From positions 21,741 through 85,740 of the forward strand of contig JBBDJW010000005.1 in NCBI GenBank assembly GCA_040879685.1: a stretch of DNA of 64,000 nt. Reading direction: 5' to 3'. The position numbers were made by a program, and so were the translations under genes. The DNA is from Minisyncoccota bacterium (lineage in GTDB: Bacteria; Patescibacteriota; Minisyncoccia; Phycocordibacterales; UBA2135). Of the stretch, positions 28,827 to 38,767 are shown piece after piece; the stretch's first letter is position 1, and the number at the start of each line of letters is the position of its first letter. Under the pieces are notes generated by a model. That model made no database searches. It saw only the letters and a list, made by a program, of their open reading frames with translations, and was not told the DNA's origin.

Positions 28827-29783
28827 TTACAACGTAACGCCTATCTTTTGTTTAACCTCATCCATTTTTATTGAAGCTATCCCCTGTGCCCGCAAGGCTC
28901 CTTCTTTTAATAATATTTCAACATCCACATCACGCACCATCGCTCTTTTTTCACGCAGAGGTGCAATATAAGCATCAACATCTTCAACGAGGGCATTTTT
29001 GAGATCTTGATATTTCCCTTTTTTCTCCTCATAGAGAACGGCGAGTTCTTCCTCGTTCTTGAAAAGTTTATGAATTGCATAGACATTGCGCGGTACCGTG
29101 CCCTCTGAATCGGTTAGAATTCCCATAACCGCTCTTTCAATTTCTTCGCGTGAAGCAAAAAGAGGAATGGTGTTGTTGTAGCTCTTGCTCATCTTCTGCC
29201 CATCAGTACCGGGGACGACGCCGACCGCGTCTAAAATTTTCTCTTGCGGGAGTTTGAAAGTCTCGCCATAGGCATTGTTAAATTTTCCCGCCGCTTCTCG
29301 TGCATATTCAACATGCTGGCGCTGATCTGAGCCGACAGGCACAACATCCGTGTCGTAGAGAAGAATATCTGCCGCCATAAGCATTGGATAATTAAAAAGG
29401 CCAGCATTGGGCTCAAGCCCTTTTGCAACCTTATCTTTATACGCGTGTGCTTGCATTAAAAATGGCACACTTACCAAACACTCTAAAACCCATGCCAACT
29501 CGGTGTGTTGTGAGACATCGGATTGCTTGAAGATGGTCGCCTTTTTAGGGTCAACACCCACGGCAATATAATCCTTTACCACCTCATAAATATTTCTCCT
29601 TAAAACTTCCGGATCGCGGGTTGTAGTGAGTGCATGATAGTCAACAACCATCAAAAAGCTCTCATACTCGTGGTAGAGCTCCAGAAAAGGCTTTAAGGAG
29701 CCAAAGTAGTTGCCGATATGAAGGGAGCCGGAAGGCTGAAGCCCTGTGAGCAGTCGTTTCATAGTACCCTCCCATGATACCAA
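28827..29783 (-). CDS. trpS: tryptophanyl-tRNA synthetase
   Basis: LTGLQPSGSLHIGNY and KMSKS. The likely true start is the MKRLL at 29762. Confidence 0.9.
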   Translation of the reverse strand: MVSWEGTMKRLLTGLQPSGSLHIGNYFGSLKPFLELYHEYESFLMVVDYHALTTTRDPEVLRRNIYEVVKDYIAVGVDPKKATIFKQSDVSQHTELAWVLECLVSVPFLMQAHAYKDKVAKGLEPNAGLFNYPMLMAADILLYDTDVVPVGSDQRQHVEYAREAAGKFNNAYGETFKLPQEKILDAVGVVPGTDGQKMSKSYNNTIPLFASREEIERAVMGILTDSEGTVPRNVYAIHKLFKNEEELAVLYEEKKGKYQDLKNALVEDVDAYIAPLREKRAMVRDVDVEILLKEGALRAQGIASIKMDEVKQKIGVTL

Positions 29784-30066
29784 AAGATAACTAAATAACC
29801 AATGAAAATAACTTAAATTCTTATCTTGAATAAAATCCAGATTCTCATTGAAGTGATTGTATGTGTTCTAGTTGCTGGCGTTTACCTATCCGTTTTTACT
29901 TACTTGAAAGATCTTTTTCATATCAAGGTGTATTTAAATAAATTATAAACACACTATAGCGGTCGCCATCGTCACGTACAATTTCCATACCGCGCGCTCC
30001 GCGTTTGATACTATGCACAACCGATCCGATTTCGTATAGTTCAATTCGCAGAGCATTATTATTTAC

Positions 30067-30119
30067 ACACAAGTCTGACTTGTGTATATGTGGTATTTAT
30101 ACACAAGTCAGACTTGTGT
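30067..30119. repeat. tandem pair of 19-bp palindromes, ACACAAGTCTGACTTGTGT at 30067-30085 and ACACAAGTCAGACTTGTGT at 30101-30119. Each is followed by (R)TATGTGG.
   Basis: Seen directly in the sequence. The same palindrome also occurs at 17632-17650. Confidence 0.7.
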
Positions 30120-30178
30120 GTATGTGGCGGTCAGAGTTTTGGTGGTGATCAGTGAAGAGATAAAGCCCCTTTGCAAAT

Positions 30179-30700
30179 CTACACAAACTCATCACGGTCG
30201 GTGAAATAGATGCTGACAAGCGGTAGGACAAGGCTCCAAAAGAACCACAAAGGTGAGCCCAGAATCATCTCCAGTTGTGGTGAAAGCGGATAGAGTTCGG
30301 GAAGCGGAATAATTCTATATGCAAAGAAAAAGAAAAGTGCGGTAGTAAAAAAAGAAAGTAAAACCATCTGAAAAAATTTTTCTAAGAAATTTTCAGGATA
30401 GCGGGCAAGGATAATCTGCGCAACAGCAAGAAAGGAGATAAAAATACCAAGCAGAAATACAAGCGCTTTAAGCTGTGGTGCTTCCAGCGGTATTTTGGAG
30501 AGAAGTAATTCCCAAAAGGGAAAAAAGAGAAGTATGAATCCGGTAAGATAAAGAGAGAGGAGAATCGCCACCAACTTGCTCTTACCCTTCAATGTGGTAA
30601 AGACAAGAGAAATAACAAATATCCCAAGGAGAATGAGGACATCTCCCGAGAGAGAAAGAAAACTTTCTGAAAGTGCCCCTGTAAGTGCGGTGGCGTCCAT
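30179..30700 (-). CDS. hypothetical polytopic membrane protein
   Basis: 173 aa with 5-6 hydrophobic helices. No recognisable motif. Confidence 0.5.
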   Translation of the reverse strand: MDATALTGALSESFLSLSGDVLILLGIFVISLVFTTLKGKSKLVAILLSLYLTGFILLFFPFWELLLSKIPLEAPQLKALVFLLGIFISFLAVAQIILARYPENFLEKFFQMVLLSFFTTALFFFFAYRIIPLPELYPLSPQLEMILGSPLWFFWSLVLPLVSIYFTDRDEFV

Positions 30701-30708
30701 GAGCAGTA

Positions 30709-31800
30709 TTATACCCCTTCACTGCGTAGTTCTTCAAAGATTTTTTTCGCTTTTCGCGAGAGTTTTTTAGGAAGCTCTACCTTGAGTTTAATAAGTAAAT
30801 CCCCGCGGTGCGCGGCCGAAGCATCCTTCGGGACACCCCTCCCTCGTATACGAAGTACTTCACTAATTGTTATCCCGCTTGGTATTTTTACACTCAATGC
30901 GGGGCCTTCAAGTGTGGTAATGCTATATTCACTCCCCAAAACAGCATCGCTGAGTTTTACAGAGAGCTCCATTATAAGATTATCTCCTTCTCGCTTAAAG
31001 AGCTCATGGTTTTCAACATGAACTTTAATATATAAATCTCCCGCAGTGCCTTTTCGTATTGCCTCCCCCATTCCCGAGAGACGAATCACCTCTCCATCAC
31101 GAATACCAAACGGAACAGAGACCTTTATCTCTTCTTGGCGCTTTAAGACACCAAGACCACTACACTCTAAGCATTTTTTCTTAGGAATACTCCCCTCACC
31201 CTCACATCCACTGCAGTCCCGAACGCTTGTAATGACGCCGAGTATTGAATTCCTAGTCTCACGAACCTGTCCTTGCCCATTACACTTTTGACACTTTAAA
31301 ACCCCCGCGTCTTCCTCTCTACCGCTTCCAGAACATGTGTCACACGCAACTGTTTTAGCTAAAAGAATTGTCTTTTCTCTGCCAAAAACAGCTTCTTTGA
31401 AAGAAACCGAAAGGTCAATAGAGATATCTCTTCCTCGGCGAGCCTGCGCACGACGAGAGCTTTGTGTACCAAATATGTCTCCAAAAATATCTCCTAAATC
31501 CCACTCCACGCCTCCTGCTCCATGGGAAAATCCTTGTGCTCCAAAACCTCGTGCGAAGTCTTCAAAGGGAGAGCCTCCGCCTCCTGAAAAGACGTGTCCA
31601 TACGCATCATACTCAGCACGTTTTTTTGTATCAGAAAGCGTTCTGTATGCCTCACTTACTTCCTTAAACTTTGTTTCATCACCCCCAACCCCCCTGTCAG
31701 GATGGTATTTTTTAGCAAGCGTATGAAAAGCCTTTTTGATCTCTTCCTTGGAGGCATTTTTGGGTACACCCAAAGTTTTGTAGTAGTCTTTATTATTCAT
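30709..31800 (-). CDS. dnaJ: chaperone DnaJ
   Basis: J domain KDYYKTLGV...HPDR and four CxxCxGxG repeats. Start at MNNKDYYK (31800), not the longer ORF start at 31914. Confidence 0.9.
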   Translation of the reverse strand: MNNKDYYKTLGVPKNASKEEIKKAFHTLAKKYHPDRGVGGDETKFKEVSEAYRTLSDTKKRAEYDAYGHVFSGGGGSPFEDFARGFGAQGFSHGAGGVEWDLGDIFGDIFGTQSSRRAQARRGRDISIDLSVSFKEAVFGREKTILLAKTVACDTCSGSGREEDAGVLKCQKCNGQGQVRETRNSILGVITSVRDCSGCEGEGSIPKKKCLECSGLGVLKRQEEIKVSVPFGIRDGEVIRLSGMGEAIRKGTAGDLYIKVHVENHELFKREGDNLIMELSVKLSDAVLGSEYSITTLEGPALSVKIPSGITISEVLRIRGRGVPKDASAAHRGDLLIKLKVELPKKLSRKAKKIFEELRSEGV

Positions 31801-31967
31801 CCTGCTTTGCGGCAAGTCATGGTCAAGACCATGGCTTTGTAAATTAAATGTAATAAATGATCTCTCAGTGTTCCGTAAATGAAGTTCGCGCGAGTGACTA
31901 TAAGCCACTGACAAACCATACCTTCATGCCACCTCTTCACTCTAGCGCACAGAGAGCTCCCGCGCAA

Positions 31968-33899
31968 TTATTTTTTTTCACCCTCTTTTCCTTCATCATT
32001 TTTATCGTCCCCTTTCTCTTCATAGTCAGCGTCACGGACATTTTCACTGCCACTACTTGTTTTATTTTCGGCGCCGGGTGTTTCTTCACCCCCTCCTTGT
32101 GACTTCATCATCGCTTCGCCTATTTTTGAAATTTCTAAAGAGAGTCCCTCAGTTGCACTTTTAATTGTATCTCTGTCGCTCCCCTTAAGCGCCTCCTTAA
32201 GCGCAGTTACTTTCCCCTCTACTGAAGTTTTCACATCGGCAGGGACTTTATCCCCTCCGTCTTTAAGAGCTTTTTCTGCGGAGTAAATAAGTGTCTCGCC
32301 TTGGTTGCGAGTTTCAACAGATTCTTTTTTCTTCCTGTCTTCCTCTGCATGGATCTCCGCCTCTTTTTTCATCTTTTCAATCTCATCTTTATTCAAGGAC
32401 GAGCTTGCTTCAATCTTAATAGACTGCTCCTTGCCACTTGCCTTATCAGTTGCCTTGATGTTGATAATACCGTTTGCATCAATATCAAACGACACCTCAA
32501 CCTGAGGCACACCTCGTGGAGATGGTGGAATTCCATCAAGGATAAAGCGGCCAAGTGTTTTATTGTCTCGTGCCATAGAGCGTTCGCCTTGGACTACATG
32601 AATCTCAACTGATGTCTGATTATCGGCTGCTGTTGAAAAAATCTGAGAATGAGATGCAGGGATAGTGGTGTTTCGTTCAATGAGTTTTGTTGCCACACCT
32701 CCCATCGTTTCAATCCCTAAAGAAAGCGGAGTCACATCAAGGAGAAGAACTTCTTTTACATCCCCTTGCAAAATGCCCCCCTGAAGCGCAGCTCCATCAG
32801 CAACAACTTCATCGGGATTAATTGATTTATTAGGTTCTTTTCCAAAAAGCTCGGTAACCGCTCTTCCAATTGCCGGCATTCGTGTCTGCCCTCCAACAAG
32901 GATGACTTCATCAATATCCGCAATTTCAAATTTAGAGTTTTCAATCGCTTGTTTGGTAATTTGAATTGCCTTTTCTATGTACGAAGATGCTAGTTGTTCG
33001 AGTTTTGCACGAGAGAGCTTGATGGCTAAGTGTTTTGGCCCGGCGGCATCGGAGGTAATGAAAGGAATGTTAATTTCGGTTTCTTGTGACTCTGAAAGCT
33101 CGTGCTTGGCCTTCTCTGCTGCCTCTTTGAGCCGTTGAAGCGCGAGAGGGTCTTTGGTTATATCAATTCCATTTTCTTTTTTGAACTCTTCTCCGAGCCA
33201 GGAAACAATTTCACGGTCAATATCTTCACCACCCATATGACTGTCACCATCGGTTGATTTCACCTCAACCACCTCTTCTCCAACTTCAAGCACCGTGACA
33301 TCAAATGTTCCACCGCCGAAGTCAAAAACAACAATCTGCTGGTCTTTCTTTTTTTGAAAACCATACGCAAGCGCTGCGGCGGTTGGCTCATTGACAATTC
33401 GCAATACATTAAAGCCGGCAACTTCACCCGCATCTTTCGTTGCTTGTCGCTGGGAATCGTCAAAGTATGCAGGAACGGTGATAACCGCATCTTTCACTTT
33501 TTCACCAAGACGCGCCTCAGCATCCGCTTTAAGTTTTTGCAATATCATTGAAGATATTTCTTCAGGCGTATGCTCTTTTTCACCCATCTTAACTTTTACA
33601 CCCCCTTTGTCACCCTCTATCATTTTAAAAGAAACTGCGTTCCGTTCCTTGGTGACATAAGAATCATTATACTTATGTCCCATAAGTCGCTTCACTCCTG
33701 AAATAGTATTTTCAGGGTTTGTTACCGCCTGTCGTTTTGCAAGCACCCCAACGAGCCGCTCGCCGTTTTTAGACATAGCGACAACCGAAGGCGTTGTGCG
33801 CCCTCCTTCTGCATTTTCTATAATTTTAGGAGCACCTCCCTCAATAACAGCCATCGCTGAGTTCGTTGTTCCTAAGTCTATTCCTAATACTTTTGCCAT
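31968..33899 (-). CDS. dnaK: chaperone DnaK (Hsp70)
   Basis: [18 protein letters not shown]... and full Hsp70 motifs. 643 aa. Confidence 0.95.
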   Translation of the reverse strand: MAKVLGIDLGTTNSAMAVIEGGAPKIIENAEGGRTTPSVVAMSKNGERLVGVLAKRQAVTNPENTISGVKRLMGHKYNDSYVTKERNAVSFKMIEGDKGGVKVKMGEKEHTPEEISSMILQKLKADAEARLGEKVKDAVITVPAYFDDSQRQATKDAGEVAGFNVLRIVNEPTAAALAYGFQKKKDQQIVVFDFGGGTFDVTVLEVGEEVVEVKSTDGDSHMGGEDIDREIVSWLGEEFKKENGIDITKDPLALQRLKEAAEKAKHELSESQETEINIPFITSDAAGPKHLAIKLSRAKLEQLASSYIEKAIQITKQAIENSKFEIADIDEVILVGGQTRMPAIGRAVTELFGKEPNKSINPDEVVADGAALQGGILQGDVKEVLLLDVTPLSLGIETMGGVATKLIERNTTIPASHSQIFSTAADNQTSVEIHVVQGERSMARDNKTLGRFILDGIPPSPRGVPQVEVSFDIDANGIINIKATDKASGKEQSIKIEASSSLNKDEIEKMKKEAEIHAEEDRKKKESVETRNQGETLIYSAEKALKDGGDKVPADVKTSVEGKVTALKEALKGSDRDTIKSATEGLSLEISKIGEAMMKSQGGGEETPGAENKTSSGSENVRDADYEEKGDDKNDEGKEGEKK

Positions 33900-33938
33900 A
33901 TTCTTTAATTCTTTAAAATTAAAGCTGATAATCTAAAA

Positions 33939-34499
33939 TCACTTTTTATATAAACTAACAATCACCCGTGCAGGCCGTAGCAGTGTCTCATTAAGAAAAT
34001 ATCCTTTTTGTATTACCTCAAGTATTATACCTTCCTGTTGTGCTTTGTCAGTTTCCCGTACCTCAACAGACTCATGTTTGCGCGGGTCAAATTTTTCTCC
34101 TTGCGGGTCATCCTGCGCCATTCCGTTCTCCTCTAGCACCTTCAGCAGGTGAGCGTGGATGTGTTCTACTCCGGTGCGCCATGTTGCATCAACCTGCTCC
34201 CACGCCTCTTTGTTTGCAAATGCCATATCAAAACTATCTAATACAGGAAGGAGCTGGCTTAAAACATCTTCCTTGGCATAGAGAGCACCCTGCGCTCTTC
34301 GTTCATCTTCCTTTTTCTTGTAATTTATGAAGTCAGCTTGAGCCCGTTGCCATCCATCAAGGTACTCTTGTCGCTCCTTAAGACACTGTGTGAGCCTTTT
34401 TTTAAGCTTATCAGCGTCACCTTTTTTAGAAAGCGACACGACATCCTCCTCTACCGCCTCAAAATCATCGTCCATTTCTGGTTGCTTCTTTTTCGACAT
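33939..34499 (-). CDS. grpE: nucleotide exchange factor GrpE
   Basis: Coiled-coil N-terminus, then WQRAQADFINYKKKEDERR and a GrpE C-terminal beta domain. Sits upstream of dnaK. Confidence 0.85.
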   Translation of the reverse strand: MSKKKQPEMDDDFEAVEEDVVSLSKKGDADKLKKRLTQCLKERQEYLDGWQRAQADFINYKKKEDERRAQGALYAKEDVLSQLLPVLDSFDMAFANKEAWEQVDATWRTGVEHIHAHLLKVLEENGMAQDDPQGEKFDPRKHESVEVRETDKAQQEGIILEVIQKGYFLNETLLRPARVIVSLYKK

Positions 34500-34632
34500 A
34501 CATCACAAGTTTTATGCAGAACTTCGTCTCTGCGTTTTATATAATTCCATAATAGCCTCTTTTATCAGCTTTGTCAATAAGCATTTAATAAAATAATATA
34601 CCACACTTCTCTCTTACAAAACCTGAACAGTA

Positions 34633-34676
34633 AAGAATCCCTCAGGCTCAAGACTGAAGGATTCTTCTTCTTTTTA
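34633..34676. terminator. hairpin plus T-tract separating the ribosomal-protein operon from the grpE-dnaK-dnaJ operon
   Basis: AGAATCCCTCAG...CTGAAGGATTCT (1 mismatch), followed by tcttcttttt. Confidence 0.4.
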
Positions 34677-34679
34677 TAT

Positions 34680-35108
34680 TTATCGTTTTGACCACTGACC
34701 ACTCTTACGCGCCTTCTTTCTGCCGAACTTTTTTCGTTCAACCATGCGAGGGTCTCTTTTTAAGAGACCGGCTTTTTTGAATTTCTTGCGAAGCTCTTCA
34801 TCAAAGAAAACGAGCGCTCGTGAAAGTCCAAGACGAAGGGCTTCTGCTTGGGCATGAATCCCTCCTCCCACGATTTTTGCTGAAACACTAAAGGAGATAT
34901 CCCCCTTTCCTTTAGCGAGTGCCTCGTGTGCAATGCCCTTCATCTCCTCAGTTGGAAAGTAATCCTGAATATTCTTTTCATTAACATGAAAAGAGGGTGC
35001 GCCGGACTCTTCAAAAATACGAACACGCGCTACTGCAGTTTTTCTGCGGCCAATACCTTCAATATAACGTCCTTTTTCCAGTTTTTTGATTTCTTTTTTC
35101 TCTTCCAT
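34680..35108 (-). CDS. rpsI: 30S ribosomal protein S9
   Basis: GIGRRKTAVARVRI ... ends RKKARKSGQWSKR. Confidence 0.9.
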   Translation of the reverse strand: MEEKKEIKKLEKGRYIEGIGRRKTAVARVRIFEESGAPSFHVNEKNIQDYFPTEEMKGIAHEALAKGKGDISFSVSAKIVGGGIHAQAEALRLGLSRALVFFDEELRKKFKKAGLLKRDPRMVERKKFGRKKARKSGQWSKR

Positions 35109-35120
35109 AGTTATAACCAG

Positions 35121-35474
35121 TTACTCTTCTATCTCAAGTTGTTTCATAAGTTTAGCACGAGTTTTATTTGCAGGAAGCATCCCATAAACAGCTTTTTTTA
35201 CAATCTCTCCATATCCTTTTTTGGCAACCACTTGACGCAGAGATTCTTCTTTCAAACCTCCGGGATATCCTGAATAGCGCTTATACTTTTTTTGGTTTCG
35301 TTTTTTTTGTGAAAGTGAAAGGCCTTTTGCATTTACGACAACTACACGGTCATCTGTTTTTTTATTTCTTTCAAAGGCAACTGTTTTCTTACCCATAAGC
35401 AAAACTGCCACTTGTGTAGCGATTCTTCCGAGTCGTTTTCCTTGTGCATCTATTGTGTGCTTCATACTATACAA
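35121..35474 (-). CDS. rplM: 50S ribosomal protein L13, short form
   Basis: GKRLGRIATQVAVLLMGK...VVVVNA...GYPGG. 117 aa. Confidence 0.8.
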   Translation of the reverse strand: MYSMKHTIDAQGKRLGRIATQVAVLLMGKKTVAFERNKKTDDRVVVVNAKGLSLSQKKRNQKKYKRYSGYPGGLKEESLRQVVAKKGYGEIVKKAVYGMLPANKTRAKLMKQLEIEE

Positions 35475-35820
35475 ATTCTATAAGAGCCATAGGGCTGGCG
35501 TCGCCACCTCGTCGTGGTAATTTTACTATTCTCGTGTACCCTCCGTGGCGTTCTTTGTAGCGAGGGGCAATTTCGTCCATCAACTTATTCCCTCCTTCTT
35601 TATTGTTACCAAGCAAAGCAATAAGAATGCGACGTGAGAAAAGCCCTTCTTTTTTTGCCCGCGTAACAAGTTTCTCTATGTACGCTCGGAGCTCACGAGC
35701 TTTAGCATCTGTTGTTTCAATTCGTTCTTTTTCAATAAGTGCAAGCGCAAGAGAGCGCATGAGCGCTTTTCTCACTTTTCGTACTCGTCCGAATTTTCTG
35801 TTGGTGTTATGGTGTCGCAT
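35467..35820 (-). CDS. rplQ: 50S ribosomal protein L17
   Basis: MRHHNTNRKFGRVRKVRKALMRSLALALIE... Confidence 0.88.
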   Translation of the reverse strand: MRHHNTNRKFGRVRKVRKALMRSLALALIEKERIETTDAKARELRAYIEKLVTRAKKEGLFSRRILIALLGNNKEGGNKLMDEIAPRYKERHGGYTRIVKLPRRGGDASPMALIEFV

Positions 35821-35844
35821 ACTCTCGTCGCTGGTTACTGGTCT

Positions 35845-36816
35845 TTATTTTAAAGTGAGACCAAAATTACCAAGACTTCGTTTAATTTCCTGCACTCCTT
35901 TCTCTCCCAGACCGTCAAGGGCAAGTAAATCATCCTCTCCTTTCTTAATGAGGCCTCCGACAGTGCGGATGTTTGCCTTATCAAGGGCATTTGCTGTTCT
36001 GGTGGAAAATCCAAGTGTCTCGACGCGAGTCTTGAGAAATTCTTTTTCCTCCTCGCTATCTTTCTCTTCCTCGTTAGGAATCTCTTGCTGTACGCTTTCT
36101 GCCTCCTCAACAAGGCTCCTTCCTTCTTGAAAACCGACGACAGCCTGTAGTTGTTGTATCATTATTGTGATGGCATTTTCAAGAGCCTCACGGGGAGTAA
36201 TGGTGCCATCGGTTTCAATGGAAAAGCGAAGTTTATTGTAGTCAGTCCTGTCGCCAACTCGCATATTCTCAACTTCATAGTTTACACGACGAATAGGAGT
36301 AAAAACAGCGTCAAGAGCAATGGTGCCAATTCCAACCTTATCTTTTTGTAATGCTTCTTTTGGTACATACCCAAAAGACTTTTCAACAACCATTTCAATG
36401 TCAAGCGTTATATTTTTATCGGTAATTTCCACAAGATACTGATCAGTATTTAAAACTTCAATTTGCCCTCCTGCCTTAATATCCCTTGCAGTAACCTTTG
36501 CGGGACCTTCTGCTTTTAAAGTAACTGTTTGCGGTTCATCAGTAAGCAATTTAAAATTAACCTTCTTGAGATTAAGGAGAAGTATAATAACATCTTCTTT
36601 AACACCAGGGATTGTTGAAAATTCATGGTTTACGCCGTCAATCTTTACTGAGGTAATCGCGGTCCCTTCCAGCGATGAAAGAATAATTCTTCGCAAGGAG
36701 TTGCCAAGCGTATGCCCATAACCAGGGTAAAGGCTGTCTATTTCATAGACTCCTACGAGGCCCTCCTCTTTGACAACGCGTGGTTTTGATGGAAGAACGA
36801 TAGTATGATCTAACAT
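35845..36816 (-). CDS. rpoA: DNA-directed RNA polymerase alpha subunit
   Basis: NTD motif GHTLGNSLRRIILSSL and a CTD with HhH-like motif. 323 aa. Confidence 0.92.
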   Translation of the reverse strand: MLDHTIVLPSKPRVVKEEGLVGVYEIDSLYPGYGHTLGNSLRRIILSSLEGTAITSVKIDGVNHEFSTIPGVKEDVIILLLNLKKVNFKLLTDEPQTVTLKAEGPAKVTARDIKAGGQIEVLNTDQYLVEITDKNITLDIEMVVEKSFGYVPKEALQKDKVGIGTIALDAVFTPIRRVNYEVENMRVGDRTDYNKLRFSIETDGTITPREALENAITIMIQQLQAVVGFQEGRSLVEEAESVQQEIPNEEEKDSEEEKEFLKTRVETLGFSTRTANALDKANIRTVGGLIKKGEDDLLALDGLGEKGVQEIKRSLGNFGLTLK

Positions 36817-36849
36817 AGTAGTGTATTAAAAATTTATAAAGAGAGACTA

Positions 36850-37461
36850 TTAACGGCTATAAAACTCAATAACGGAAGGTAGGTCAAGGGATGCTTCATC
36901 TTGTTCGCTCAAAACGGGTGTCCCTTCAACCTTTCCCTCTTTTGTTTTTGAAGAAAATGAAAGCCATGCAGGAGGTGTTTTTTCTTTGAGGTTTTCAGTA
37001 AGACCTTCAAAGAGAGGTTTTTCAAGACTTGCCTTTTTTATTCCTATCATATCCCCTTGTATCAATTGGCGAGAGGGAATTGTTACTCGCCTTCCATTTA
37101 TCGTAATGTGCCCATGTGATACAAGTTGGCGCGCAAAACGACGGGTTTTTGCAATTCCAAGACGATAAATACTATTATCAAGACGAGTTTCAAGTAACGT
37201 ATAGAGCTCTATAATGGGCTTAATTCCTTTTTTTTCCATTGCTTCCTTTACATAGTTTGAAAACTGCTTCTCGCTCAATCCATATGAGTATCGTGCTTTT
37301 TGTTTTTCGAGAAGCTGTTTTGAATATTCACTGCGTGCAGAAAACCTACGCCCGCCCTTCCCGTGTATTTTTGGGGTTGTTGAAAAATGTGGATTATCAC
37401 ATTTAGGAAAAATGGGTGCTCCCAATCTTCGTGCTATTTTAAATTGTTTTATCTTAACCAT
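36850..37461 (-). CDS. rpsD: 30S ribosomal protein S4
   Basis: MVKIKQFKIARRLGAPIF ... S4 domain RLDN..YRLG. Confidence 0.9.
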   Translation of the reverse strand: MVKIKQFKIARRLGAPIFPKCDNPHFSTTPKIHGKGGRRFSARSEYSKQLLEKQKARYSYGLSEKQFSNYVKEAMEKKGIKPIIELYTLLETRLDNSIYRLGIAKTRRFARQLVSHGHITINGRRVTIPSRQLIQGDMIGIKKASLEKPLFEGLTENLKEKTPPAWLSFSSKTKEGKVEGTPVLSEQDEASLDLPSVIEFYSR

Positions 37462-37467
37462 ACTTTT

Positions 37468-37902
37468 TTAAGTTCGTCTTGCCTTTCGAGCCCGAGGACC
37501 ATTAAAGGGTACCGGTGTTGCATCTACAATTTTATTAATATCAATACCTTTTGAAGCAAAAGAACGAATCGCCGACTCTCTACCAGAACCAACGCCACTC
37601 ATCACAACAGAAACTTCTTTAATTCCAATAAGGAGGGATTTTTCTCCAACCAACTCCCCCACTTTAGCGGCGGCAAAAGGAGTTCCCTTCTTTGCTCCTT
37701 TAAAGCCGAGTGCACCACTTGAAGATCGTGAGAGGAGATTTCCTTTTGTATCAGTCAAAGATAAACTCGTATTATTAAATGATGCTTCAACATAAAGCAC
37801 TCCTTCACTGAGCTTTCTTTTAACGATTTTTGAAAGTGAGCGACTGCGTAATTCCTGCTGGAAGCCACCTCCCTGTTTTTTAACTGTTCGTTTTTTACCC
37901 AT
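37468..37902 (-). CDS. rpsK: 30S ribosomal protein S11
   Basis: ASFNNTSLSLTDTKGNLLSRSSSGALGFKGAKKGTPFAA. Confidence 0.9.
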   Translation of the reverse strand: MGKKRTVKKQGGGFQQELRSRSLSKIVKRKLSEGVLYVEASFNNTSLSLTDTKGNLLSRSSSGALGFKGAKKGTPFAAAKVGELVGEKSLLIGIKEVSVVMSGVGSGRESAIRSFASKGIDINKIVDATPVPFNGPRARKARRT

Positions 37903-37908
37903 ACAATT

Positions 37909-38289
37909 TTATTTCTTTTCAGTCTTTCTCCTTCCTGAACCCATTGTTTTTCGAACATTTCCACGAACCGTTCGAGAATTTACTTTTGTTCGCTGTCCGC
38001 GGGCAGGTAGTTTTTTACTATGTCGTGTACCACGGTATGAATTAATGTCTTTCAATCGCTTAATGTCTGAGTTAACTTTCCTTTTAAGTTCTCCCTCAAG
38101 CGTGTATTCTTCAAGATATTTACGAATAGCATTTTCTTCTTCTGTTGAAAGCGTATGCGCCTTTCTGTTGCAATCAATTCCTGTCTTATCTAAAATTTCT
38201 TTTGAACGAGAGCGTCCAACACCAAAAAGAGCGGTTAATCCCACTTCAAGTCGTTTATTGTCTGGAATAGTAATACCTGAAATTCTCAT
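37909..38289 (-). CDS. rpsM: 30S ribosomal protein S13
   Basis: MRISGITIPDNKRLEVGLTALFGVGRSRS... Confidence 0.9.
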   Translation of the reverse strand: MRISGITIPDNKRLEVGLTALFGVGRSRSKEILDKTGIDCNRKAHTLSTEEENAIRKYLEEYTLEGELKRKVNSDIKRLKDINSYRGTRHSKKLPARGQRTKVNSRTVRGNVRKTMGSGRRKTEKK

Positions 38290-38304
38290 AATAATTTTAA
38301 CAAA

Positions 38305-38418
38305 CTAACCTTGTCGCTGTTTGTGTTTAGGGGTGTCACATACAACAAAAAGCCGTCCTTTTCTTCTGACAACTTTACATTTTGTGCACACCTTTTTTAC
38401 TGATGAACGAACTTTCAT
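38305..38418 (-). CDS. rpmJ: 50S ribosomal protein L36
   Basis: Not in the ORF track because it is under 60 aa. Reverse-complement translation gives [37 protein letters not shown], stop TAG. Confidence 0.85.
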   Translation of the reverse strand: MKVRSSVKKVCTKCKVVRRKGRLFVVCDTPKHKQRQG

Positions 38419-38420
38419 AA

Positions 38421-38669
38421 TTACAAACGTCGAGTGATCCTCCCCTTTCCTCCATAAGGATCAAGAATAACCTCTACCTTATCACCAACAAGAACTTTGA
38501 TTCTATACATACGCATTTTTCCGGCCAAATAACATAATACCTCATCATTTTGCGTATTTATGTCACCCGCACCACCGCTTGTTTGGGCAGGCATCTCAAC
38601 ACGAAACAAGGCGTTGGGCAGCGCCTCAACGACCGTGCCAACTTTTGTATCTCTTTCTTTCTCTCTCAT
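38421..38669 (-). CDS. infA: translation initiation factor IF-1, with a 16-aa internal insertion
   Basis: [16 protein letters not shown]...[31 protein letters not shown]. The insert is [16 protein letters not shown]. Confidence 0.85.
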   Translation of the reverse strand: MREKERDTKVGTVVEALPNALFRVEMPAQTSGGAGDINTQNDEVLCYLAGKMRMYRIKVLVGDKVEVILDPYGGKGRITRRL

Positions 38670-38767
38670 CTTCTTGTTGATTCCGCCATCATAACAGAGT
38701 GCCTCTTACGTGTCAAACTAAAAACCCTTATATCACAATGGATATGGAGAGTTTTGCGAAATAAGTA

